Source: a virus
Direction: 5' to 3' (one strand)
IMG/VR virus record: IMGVR_UViG_3300033233_000014
Span: 47,630 to 111,629 of that record
DNA: 64,000 nucleotides
The number at the start of each line of letters is the position of its first letter. The first letter of the stretch is position 1. Below are positions 1 through 5,914 of the stretch, piece by piece. The notes under the pieces were generated by a model. That model was not told the origin of the DNA. It saw only the letters and a program-made list of their open reading frames with translations, and made no database searches. The position numbers were made by a program, and so were the translations under genes.

Positions 1-1273
1 CGCCGTACTTGGCGAGCTTCTGGGCGTTCGTGAGCACCGTGTCCCGCGGGTTGAGCGTCGCCGTGTGCGGCACGGTGTCGAACGGGATGACCTCGGCCTC
101 GTGGTTCTTCCGCAGGATGGCCGACGCGATGAGCGCCGCCACGTCCACGCACCGCGCCACCGTCGTCGCCCCCACGCCCCGCGCGCCCGTGATCGGCGAG
201 GACATCGAGCCCGACACGTCGACGCAGACGTAGACCTTCCCCTCAAGCGCCGGCACGTTCTCCGTGGCGACCTCGAGCGCATCCTGCAGCGCCTCCGTGA
301 CCGCCTTCGGGATCCGCCCCTCGATGAACTGGCCCTTCGCGTCCCGCACCTGCCCCGTGGTCGCGAGATAGGAGACGAGCAACTGGTACGGGAACACCTT
401 GGCCTTCCGAATCGTCTCCGGGTCGCGGAGCTTCCCCGCGATCTCCGCGGTGAGCCCCTCGACCTCGAAGACGCCCTTGCGGGCGTAGTTGTTGAGGTTG
501 ATCCGGGTCTGGTGGAACCAGCCGCGCCGGGCCACCGCCACCCAATGCTCCCGGGTGAGCGGCAGGCTGGTCAGCATCTGCATCGGCACGTCCGGCGCGT
601 CCTTGCCCGCCGGATCCTTCTTGAACGCCTCGTACTCCCGGATGGCCGCTGGCAGCCGCGGATCGTCGCCCGCGACCTTCCCGATGAGCCAGCCGTAGAG
701 CGCCGTCGCCGCCTCGCCCATCGGCTTCGGCCGGGCCAACTTGATGATGTCCCCGAGCGACGGGTTGGTGCCCACGCTGTCCCGCAGGAGGACGTGGGGC
801 CGCCGGACTGCGAACCAGGCGTGGATGAGCCGCCGGACGACGCCCTTGAGCGCCCGGTGCTTGCCCATCTTGCCGCTTCGCAGGATCTGGACGACGTTGC
901 GGAGCATCTTCCCGTTCGTGACAACGTGCGGCCACGCCCGCTCGAACCACTTCGCGCCCTCCGCCCCCTGGTTGCGGAGCCACGCGAGCAGGACGGCCGG
1001 CATGTCCTTCATGAAGCCGCGCTGCCGGGCGTAGACCGCCACCTTGGCGACGAACTCGGGCGTCACGTCGACGTGCTTGAGCAGGATGAGGACGGTGTCG
1101 AGTTGCGCCTCGCCGCTGGCGTAGAACGCCTCGCCGAGGCAGCCCGTGGCCGCCAACTGGGCGAGCGCGTGCCGCGGGGTGAGCGTGTACGCCAGCCCGC
1201 CGGCCTCGTTGCGATCGGTCGTCTCGGGCGGGGTGGCCCCCCGCCGGGACTGGAACAGGGACTTGTTTGCCAT
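1..1273 (-). CDS. rsr: Ro60/Rsr-like TROVE-domain RNA-binding protein with vWA domain (3' end runs off window)
   Basis: Hand translation from ATG at 1273 (AAGGAGG SD): MANKSLFQS...NEAGGLAY...HALAQLAATGC...FMKDMPAVLLA...KVFPYQLL...YVCVDVSGSM (vWA MIDAS). Absent from the ORF track because it has no stop in the window. Confidence 0.92.
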   Translation of the reverse strand, partial: MANKSLFQSRRGATPPETTDRNEAGGLAYTLTPRHALAQLAATGCLGEAFYASGEAQLDTVLILLKHVDVTPEFVAKVAVYARQRGFMKDMPAVLLAWLRNQGAEGAKWFERAWPHVVTNGKMLRNVVQILRSGKMGKHRALKGVVRRLIHAWFAVRRPHVLLRDSVGTNPSLGDIIKLARPKPMGEAATALYGWLIGKVAGDDPRLPAAIREYEAFKKDPAGKDAPDVPMQMLTSLPLTREHWVAVARRGWFHQTRINLNNYARKGVFEVEGLTAEIAGKLRDPETIRKAKVFPYQLLVSYLATTGQVRDAKGQFIEGRIPKAVTEALQDALEVATENVPALEGKVYVCVDVSGSMSSPITGARGVGATTVARCVDVAALIASAILRKNHEAEVIPFDTVPHTATLNPRDTVLTNAQKLAKYG

Positions 1274-1354
1274 CGGTCTATCCTCCTTCTCTGGGATTTA
1301 CAGAAGTGTACACGAAGGGAAACACTCAATCCACTCGAAAGGTTCATCCGAATC

Positions 1355-1429
1355 TGGGGTGACCGGCGAGAGTCGCACTCGCGCGGCGAGAGTCACAGTC
1401 TCGTGCCCTACTGTTAGGCGACGGTCACC
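1355..1429 (-). tRNA. tRNA-His(GUG)
   Basis: CGAGA-CT GTG AC-TCTCG; 8-bp acceptor with G-1:C73; CCA encoded; T-loop TGCGACT. Confidence 0.9.
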
Positions 1430-1451
1430 ATCGTCGCGTCGATCCGCGGGC

Positions 1452-1526
1452 TGGAGCTGAAGGTGGGATTTGCACCCACATAGCCCGCCTTACGAGAGCG
1501 GTGCATCGCTGTTCTGCCACTTCAGC
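1452..1526 (-). tRNA. tRNA-Thr(CGU)
   Basis: CCGCT-CT CGT AA-GGCGG; CCA; T-loop TGCAAAT. Confidence 0.88.
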
Positions 1527-1529
1527 ATC

Positions 1530-1603
1530 TGGGGCCCAAGGGCGGGATCGCACCGCCGCTGGCGAGGTACAGGCTCGCCGTGCTGCTGCTACACCACTCG
1601 GGC
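1530..1603 (-). tRNA. tRNA-Thr(UGU), C33 variant
   Basis: GCGAG-CC TGT AC-CTCGC; CCA; T-loop TGCGATC. Confidence 0.8.
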
Positions 1604-1679
1604 TGGAGCCACCGGCGGGAATCGGACCCGCGACCTCCTCCTTACCAAGGAGGCGCTCTTCCATCTGAGCTACAGCGGC
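1604..1679 (-). tRNA. tRNA-Thr(GGU)
   Basis: CCTCC-TT GGT AA-GGAGG; CCA. Confidence 0.92.
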
Positions 1680-1753
1680 TGGCTGCCCCGGTACGATTCG
1701 AACGTACACGGCGAGGGTCAAAGCCTCGCGGCCTACCATTAGCCGACAGGGCA
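1680..1753 (-). tRNA. tRNA-Gln(UUG)
   Basis: CGAGG-CT TTG AC-CCTCG; U1:A72; CCA. Confidence 0.92.
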
Positions 1754-1780
1754 GAAGTCGCCGAAGACAGTCGGGCGCGC

Positions 1781-1846
1781 TGGACTGCGGGGTATCCCTC
1801 CCTCGACTCCCGCTTCTCGGCGGAAGCCGAGGTAGGGATCCCGCAG
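1781..1846 (-). ncRNA. CCA-terminated long hairpin RNA (candidate)
   Basis: CTGCGGG...CCCGCAG-T-CCA closing a nearly continuous rod. Confidence 0.5.
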
Positions 1847-1849
1847 ATC

Positions 1850-1924
1850 TGGAGCGGCCAGCGGGTTTCGCACCCGCGACTTCCAGGTTGGGAACCTGGC
1901 GCTCTACTACTGAGCTACGGCCGC
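1850..1924 (-). tRNA. tRNA-Gly(CCC)
   Basis: CCAGG-TT CCC AA-CCTGG; U73-CCA; T-loop TGCGAAA. Confidence 0.9.
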
Positions 1925-2106
1925 ATGCATGCGCCAGAGACAGCTGGCGCCCCCTGGCCCGCGTATCGCCGCAGCGCCAACGAGAGCCCCTCGTGAGCAC
2001 CGCTACGCATCACCGTCGTGCGTTGGCCCCGTGTGAATCTTGGATCGTGAAGTCGACGGCCGTCAGCGAACACTTGGGGGTTCCAAGGTTGCTGACCCCA
2101 CAGAAC

Positions 2107-2180
2107 TGGAGCGGGCCGCGAGAATCGAACTCGCGTCCTCGGGTTGGAGGCCCGACGCCTTGCCACTAGACGAGGCCCGC
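2107..2180 (-). tRNA. tRNA-Gly(UCC), C33 variant
   Basis: TCGGG-CC TCC AA-CCCGA; GCG acceptor start, U73-CCA. Confidence 0.88.
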
Positions 2181-2240
2181 ATCGTGCGCCGGCCTGCCTC
2201 AGCATGCCAGCGCCTCTCGAGACAGCGAGAGCCTGAAGAG

Positions 2241-2331
2241 CCGCCTCTCCCCCGACTGTTCTGCCGTTAAACTACTCGCGCGTCTACTGCACAGGGGAGG
2301 ATTCGAACCTCCATCTTTCTAAGGGGGACGG
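2241..2331 (-). ncRNA. circularly permuted tRNA-like RNA (YrlA-type effector domain)
   Basis: 5'-3' order: T arm GGAGG-TTCGAAT-CCTCC, loop-closed acceptor-like stem, D arm GTTT-AACGGCA-GAAC; ends pair CCGTC/GGCGG. Confidence 0.65.
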
Positions 2332-2335
2332 GATC

Positions 2336-2410
2336 TGGAGCGGGTAGTGGGTTTCGCACCCACGGCCTCCACCTTGGCAAAGTGGCGCTCTACTACTGAG
2401 CTACACCCGC
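2336..2410 (-). tRNA. tRNA-Gly(GCC)
   Basis: CCACT-TT GCC AA-GGTGG; CCA; T-loop TGCGAAA. Confidence 0.9.
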
Positions 2411-2417
2411 GATCTTC

Positions 2418-2503
2418 TGGCGGAGGGGCGGGGACTCGAACCCCGGACGGCGTGAGCCGCGCTCGCCTTCCAAGCGAGTTCCTCGTCCGGCCGGACCCCC
2501 TCC
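2418..2503 (-). tRNA. tRNA-Ser(GGA)
   Basis: CTCGC-TT GGA AG-GCGAG; long variable arm; G73-CCA; atypical D arm. Confidence 0.85.
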
Positions 2504-2645
2504 ACTCGACCAGGGACCGGAGTTCCGATGAAAGGAAGCCTGCCTCGGCTGGTCGAACCCGAGGCTTGCCCAGGCGTCGCGCCTGATCGGATTGTCGGGC
2601 ACTTCCGGCGCACCCGACGGCGGGCCGAAGGGAATGCCCGGCCGC

Positions 2646-2731
2646 TGGCGGAAGAGGAGGGAATCGAACCCCCACGGGAGTTACCCGGACGGTTTTCGGG
2701 ACCGTTGCGCTAGCCGTTACGCCACTCTTCC
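2646..2731 (-). tRNA. tRNA-Ser(CGA), C33 variant
   Basis: ACGGT-CC CGA AA-ACCGT; long variable arm; G73-CCA. Confidence 0.87.
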
Positions 2732-2735
2732 GAGG

Positions 2736-2811
2736 TGGTGGACCCGGCGGGAGTTGAACCCGCGATCTCCGGAATGCCATTCCGGCGTTCTTCCATCTGA
2801 ACTACGAGCCC
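2736..2811 (-). tRNA. tRNA-Ala(GGC)
   Basis: CCGGA-AT GGC AT-TCCGG; G3:U70; ACCA. Confidence 0.92.
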
Positions 2812-2887
2812 TGGTGGACCTGGCCGGACTCGAACCGGCGATCTCCGCGTTGCGAACGCGGCGCTCTTCCAACTGAGCTACAAGCCC
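2812..2887 (-). tRNA. tRNA-Ala(CGC)
   Basis: CCGCG-TT CGC AA-CGCGG; G3:U70; ACCA. Confidence 0.93.
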
Positions 2888-2890
2888 ATC

Positions 2891-2965
2891 TGGTGGACGC
2901 ACCCGGCTTTGCTCCGGGCACCCGACCGTGCAAGGGTCGTGTGATGCTGACTTCACCATGCGCCC
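2891..2965 (-). tRNA. tRNA-Ala(UGC)
   Basis: CGACC-CT TGC AC-GGTCG; G3:U70; divergent T-loop AGCAAAG. Confidence 0.85.
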
Positions 2966-2968
2966 AGC

Positions 2969-3052
2969 GGATGCGTGCTACCGTTACACCACAAGACCCG
3001 TGCTCCCGAAGGAGTCGAACTTCTTGGCGGGAGTCGAACCCGCACTTCATCC
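2969..3052 (-). ncRNA. circularly permuted tRNA-like RNA opened at the anticodon
   Basis: GGATG-AAGT-T arm GCGGG TTCGACT CCCGC-CAAGA...TCTTG-TG-D arm GTGT AACGGTA GCAC-G-CATCC. Confidence 0.7.
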
Positions 3053-3055
3053 TTG

Positions 3056-3130
3056 TGGAGATCCCGGCAGGACTTTCACCTGCGTCGTTCACCCTTTGCA
3101 GGGGTGCGCCTGATTCTCGGCCACGGGATC
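3056..3130 (-). tRNA. tRNA-Cys(GCA)
   Basis: CACCC-CT GCA AA-GGGTG; U73-CCA; T-loop TGAAAGT. Confidence 0.87.
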
Positions 3131-3134
3131 GTGC

Positions 3135-3208
3135 TGGCAGGAGCGCAGGGAGTTGAACCCTGGACCTCAGATTTGGAGGCTGAGATGTTTCCGTTACACC
3201 ACACTCCT
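3135..3208 (-). tRNA. tRNA-Trp(CCA)
   Basis: loop CT CCA AA; A1:U72, G73; one mismatch at 31:39. Confidence 0.85.
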
Positions 3209-3213
3209 TCTGC

Positions 3214-3289
3214 TGGCGACCTCGGCAGGACTCGAACCTGCAGCCTCCGGGGTAGAAACCCGGCGCCGTTCCTGTTCGGCTACGAGGCC
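3214..3289 (-). tRNA. tRNA-Arg(UCU)
   Basis: CCGGG-TT TCT AC-CCCGG; CCA. Confidence 0.88.
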
Positions 3290-3292
3290 ATC

Positions 3293-3377
3293 TGGTCTTC
3301 GGGGGGAGAGTCGAACTCCCACGGGTTTCCCCACTAGGTTCTGAGCCTAGCGCGACTGCCAGTTCCGCCACCCGAAG
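3293..3377 (-). tRNA. tRNA-Leu(CAG)
   Basis: CTAGG-CT CAG AA-CCTAG; long variable arm; ACCA. Confidence 0.9.
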
Positions 3378-3381
3378 ATGC

Positions 3382-3456
3382 TGGTACGGGCACGGGGTAT
3401 CGATCCCCGTTTCTCGCGCTGAAAACGCGATGTCTTAGCCAGTAGACGATGCCCGC
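3382..3456 (-). tRNA. tRNA-Glu(UUC)
   Basis: TCGCG-TT TTC AG-CGCGA; CCA. Confidence 0.87.
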
Positions 3457-3459
3457 ATC

Positions 3460-3542
3460 TGGTCCGCGCGGCAGGAGTCGAACCTGCACGCCGAAGCACC
3501 TGTTCTTGAGACAGGCGGGTCTGCCATTTCCCCCACGCGCGG
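3460..3542 (-). tRNA. tRNA-Leu(CAA)
   Basis: CCTGT-CT CAA GA-ACAGG; variable arm; ACCA. Confidence 0.9.
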
Positions 3543-3546
3543 ATGC

Positions 3547-3640
3547 TGGCGGAGAGGATGGGTGTCGAACCCACCGTCGCCGTTGAGGCGACCCTGGTTT
3601 AGCAAACCAGTCCAGCTAACCAACGATCTGGCTCCTCTCC
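3547..3640 (-). tRNA. tRNA-Ser(GCU)
   Basis: CTGGT-TT GCT AA-ACCAG; long variable arm; GCCA. Confidence 0.9.
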
Positions 3641-3643
3641 ATC

Positions 3644-3729
3644 TGGTGCGCGAGAGAGGACTCGAACCTCCATGCCTTTCGGCACAAGACCCTCAATCTT
3701 GCGTGTCTACCAAATTTCACCACTCGCGC
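3644..3729 (-). tRNA. tRNA-Leu(GAG)
   Basis: CAAGA-TT GAG GG-TCTTG; variable arm; ACCA. Confidence 0.93.
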
Positions 3730-3805
3730 TGGTCGGCCGAGGAGGGTTCGAACCTCCGACCTTCTGCGTGTAAGGCAGACGCGCTTCCGACTGTGCCACC
3801 GGCCG
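3730..3805 (-). tRNA. tRNA-Val(UAC)
   Basis: TCTGC-CT TAC AC-GCAGA; ACCA. Confidence 0.92.
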
Positions 3806-3813
3806 ATCTTCTC

Positions 3814-3887
3814 TGGCGGTGCGTACGGGAGTTGAACCCGTACTAGCAGATCGACAATCTGCCGTGCTGCCGCTACACCAACGCACC
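3814..3887 (-). tRNA. tRNA-Asp(GUC)
   Basis: GCAGA-TT GTC GA-TCTGC; GCCA. Confidence 0.9.
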
Positions 3888-3890
3888 CGC

Positions 3891-3965
3891 TGGTTGCCCC
3901 GCGAGGATTCGAACCTCAGATTTCCTGGTTCAGAGCCAGGCGTCCTACCGTTGGACGACAGGGCA
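3891..3965 (-). tRNA. tRNA-Gln(CUG)
   Basis: CCTGG-CT CTG AA-CCAGG; CCA. Confidence 0.93.
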
Positions 3966-3966
3966 G

Positions 3967-4039
3967 TTGGAGCGGCGGGAGTTGCACCCGCGTCTCGACT
4001 GTATAGGAGTCGCGCCTGAGACTACTCGGCCACGCTCCG
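3967..4039 (-). tRNA. tRNA-Ile(UAU), atypical (C33, C1/A72 mismatch, no encoded CCA)
   Basis: CGACT-CC TAT AC-AGTCG; acceptor GGAGCG/CGCTCC; T-loop TGCAACT. Confidence 0.72.
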
Positions 4040-4115
4040 TGGTCGTTCGGGAAGGAATCGAACCTTCCTGACCTACCTTATCAGGGTAGTGCCTGAACCA
4101 CTAGGCTACCGAACG
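4040..4115 (-). tRNA. tRNA-Ile(GAU)
   Basis: CTACC-CT GAT AA-GGTAG; ACCA. Confidence 0.92.
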
Positions 4116-4288
4116 AGAGCGACTCGGGCCGGCTTTGGCAGGCACTTGGGTAGCGCCGCACAGACCGGCGGGGTGAAACCCGGATCAGCGCCAGCAGAGC
4201 CGTACGGACGTGCCGCCGTTGATGCTGGACCACCACTCTACGATGAGGCTTCGGTCTGATGACCGCGCCTTCCCCTTCTCCGCGTCGC

Positions 4289-4365
4289 TGGTAGATCCGA
4301 TAGGACTTGAACCTATGGCCTCCTGCGTGTGAAGCAGGCGCTCTGCGCAACTGAGCTACGGATCT
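4289..4365 (-). tRNA. tRNA-Val(CAC)
   Basis: CCTGC-TT CAC AC-GCAGG; ACCA. Confidence 0.9.
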
Positions 4366-4368
4366 ATC

Positions 4369-4502
4369 GGTGACGACGCAAAGGATGTCGTTGCCGTCCG
4401 CACCGGATCGATGAAGCCGGCGTGTCGCTAGGCACCGGAGCAGGCGCACTGTCCATCTCCGGCCGAGTCTCTGCCGAGGCATCGTCCTCGTTCGTCGTCA
4501 CC
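4369..4502 (-). ncRNA. Y-RNA-like rod (candidate 4)
   Basis: perfect 10-bp terminal stem GGTGACGACG/CGTCGTCACC; GACGAACG fits the bacterial Y RNA GNCGAAN(0-1)G motif; opposite strand CTTTG. Confidence 0.55.
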
Positions 4503-4580
4503 TGGTCGGACTGGCCGGATTCGAACCGGCGGCCTCCTGAACCCCATTCAGGCGCGCTAGCCAGCCTGCGCTACAGCCCG
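4503..4580 (-). tRNA. tRNA-Pro(GGG)
   Basis: CCTGA-AT GGG GT-TCAGG; C1:G72; ACCA. Confidence 0.93.
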
Positions 4581-4583
4581 AGC

Positions 4584-4653
4584 GAGAACGGCCCGACAAG
4601 GGACGCCGAGAGTTCAGTTTAGATGTACTCCCAGCAGCATCCGGATCGTTCCC
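4584..4653 (-). ncRNA. minimal Y RNA (Ro-binding stem plus short loop)
   Basis: shares CGGATGCTGCTGGGAGTACA / CTCTCGGC..CTTGTCGG with two neighbours; termini pair. Confidence 0.7.
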
Positions 4654-4729
4654 TGGTCGCGCGGGTCGGGTTCGAACCGACACCCTTCGGCTCCCAAAGC
4701 CGACGCTCCACCGCTTGAGCTTCCGCACG
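4654..4729 (-). tRNA. tRNA-Pro(UGG)
   Basis: TCGGC-TT TGG GA-GCCGA; C1:G72; ACCA. Confidence 0.9.
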
Positions 4730-4732
4730 CAC

Positions 4733-4852
4733 ACGAGGCCCCGGACAAGAGAGTCGAGAGGAATGCCTTCCAGAGGTTGCCCTCTCAGGCGAGCCCTTGC
4801 GGGCTTCAAGATTTGAACTTGGTGTACTCCCAACAGCATCCCGATGCCTCGC
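4733..4852 (-). ncRNA. Y RNA with T-arm plus GNRA-hairpin effector domain
   Basis: same stem module (GGGATGCTGTTGGGAGTACA / CTCTCGACTCTCTTGTCCGG); internal CAAG-TTCAAAT-CTTG and two GCAA-capped hairpins. Confidence 0.7.
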
Positions 4853-4930
4853 TGGTCGGGCTAGCAGGATTTGAACCTGCGGTCTCTTGCTCCCGAAGCA
4901 AGCGCGTTGACCAGGCTACGCTACAGCCCG
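4853..4930 (-). tRNA. tRNA-Pro(CGG)
   Basis: CTTGC-TT CGG GA-GCAAG; ACCA. Confidence 0.93.
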
Positions 4931-4933
4931 AAT

Positions 4934-5085
4934 GAAGACGACCGACAAGAGAGCCGAGAGAACCGGGTTGCCCCGGAATCCTGGCGCTCTACCGTTGAGC
5001 TACCGCACGATCTATTCGCGCGAGTGAGGAGTCGAACCTCACGACCTCCAGGGCCATGTACTCCCAGCGGCATCCGGCCGCCTTC
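4934..5085 (-). ncRNA. yrlA: YrlA-type Y RNA (Ro-binding stem plus permuted tRNA-like domain)
   Basis: stem module GCCGGATGCCGCTGGGAG / CTCTCGGCTCTCTTGTCGGTC enclosing T arm GTGAGG TTCGACT CCTCAC, closed acceptor stem and D arm GCTC AACGGTA GAGC; Ro60 gene in the same unit. Confidence 0.85.
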
Positions 5086-5160
5086 TGGTGTTCCGGGCAG
5101 GAGTCGCACCTGCAGCCGTCTCGTTAGGACCGAGTCGCGCTTCTGTTGCGCCACCGGAAC
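5086..5160 (-). tRNA. tRNA-Arg(CCU)
   Basis: CTCG-GT CCT AA-CGAG; ACCA; T-loop TGCGACT. Confidence 0.8.
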
Positions 5161-5165
5161 ATTGC

Positions 5166-5243
5166 TGGTTGCGCGGGCGAGACTTGAACTCGCAGCCTTC
5201 GGCTTCGGAGGCCGACGCTCTATCCAAGTTGAGCTACCGCACA
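5166..5243 (-). tRNA. tRNA-Arg(CCG)
   Basis: TCGGC-CT CCG AA-GCCGA; ACCA. Confidence 0.92.
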
Positions 5244-5247
5244 GCAG

Positions 5248-5862
5248 TTACAGACCCGCGAGCATCGCGGGGGAAAAGACCGACTCAGACTTGACCTTCC
5301 GACGAACCACTCGGAAGCCCGCCTTGCGGGCCGCCCGATCCTTGCGGCAGTCGACTTCCCGCTGCCTCGGATCCTTGTGGTACGACCCGTCGAACTCCAC
5401 GATCACCTTCACGTCGAGAAGCGCGAGGTCGAAGACGAACGCCCCAATCTCGAACTCGAACTCGAACCGCCTTCCGGCCGCAACGAGCGTCTCCCGAAGC
5501 GCCGCGTACTTCCACTCCTCCCGGCGCTTGAGCGTCTCGGCCGGCGAGAAGAGGTTGTGTGCGTTCTCAAGCCCGGAGCGACGCGCAGCCTCGCGCCGCT
5601 CCTCGCTCACGCTCCCCTTGCTGGCACAAGCACGAGAGCAGAACCGCTTAGACCGACGGCGGGTGGACGTGCTGAACACGATTCCGCAGACCGGGCACGT
5701 CATCTCGAATGTCTTCGCCTTCTTCGGCGCGTTGCCCGCGACCGCTGTGCATGAGAGTCCGCAGAAGAACCGGCGGCCAAGCCTTCGGGCACGGTTGACT
5801 TCCCCGATCCGCTTCTCGACTTCCTTCCCACAGCGGGCGCACCGAACAATGGTAGTCGCCAC
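5248..5862 (-). CDS. DUF559/Vsr-like endonuclease with N-terminal zinc-ribbon repeats (putative free-standing homing endonuclease)
   Basis: CxxC...FCxxxC twice, then FDLA...IVEFDGSYH...DCRKD...GFRVVR; GTG start chosen downstream of the tmRNA. Confidence 0.8.
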   Translation of the reverse strand: MATTIVRCARCGKEVEKRIGEVNRARRLGRRFFCGLSCTAVAGNAPKKAKTFEMTCPVCGIVFSTSTRRRSKRFCSRACASKGSVSEERREAARRSGLENAHNLFSPAETLKRREEWKYAALRETLVAAGRRFEFEFEIGAFVFDLALLDVKVIVEFDGSYHKDPRQREVDCRKDRAARKAGFRVVRRKVKSESVFSPAMLAGL

Positions 5863-5914
5863 GCCCCCATCGTAGCCGCGATGTAGGCGTGGCGCAATAC
5901 CCGATGTAGGCGAT

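Noticed and set aside
1274-1354. Ro60 leader starting GAUUCGGAUG, resembling the Y RNA 5' strand (possible autoregulation)
   Set aside because: No convincing CUUGUC partner strand found; the similarity is only about 6 nt
3214-3289. Possible amber suppressor (CUA visible in this loop, and in the loop of 5086-5160)
   Set aside because: With the stems in register the 7-nt loops centre on UCU and CCU (Arg); many genes and the tmRNA tag end in TAG, so there is no sign of recoding
4170-4270. Hammerhead-like CTGATGA and GAAA on the plus strand
   Set aside because: Stems II and III cannot be formed in register, and it is on the non-transcribed strand
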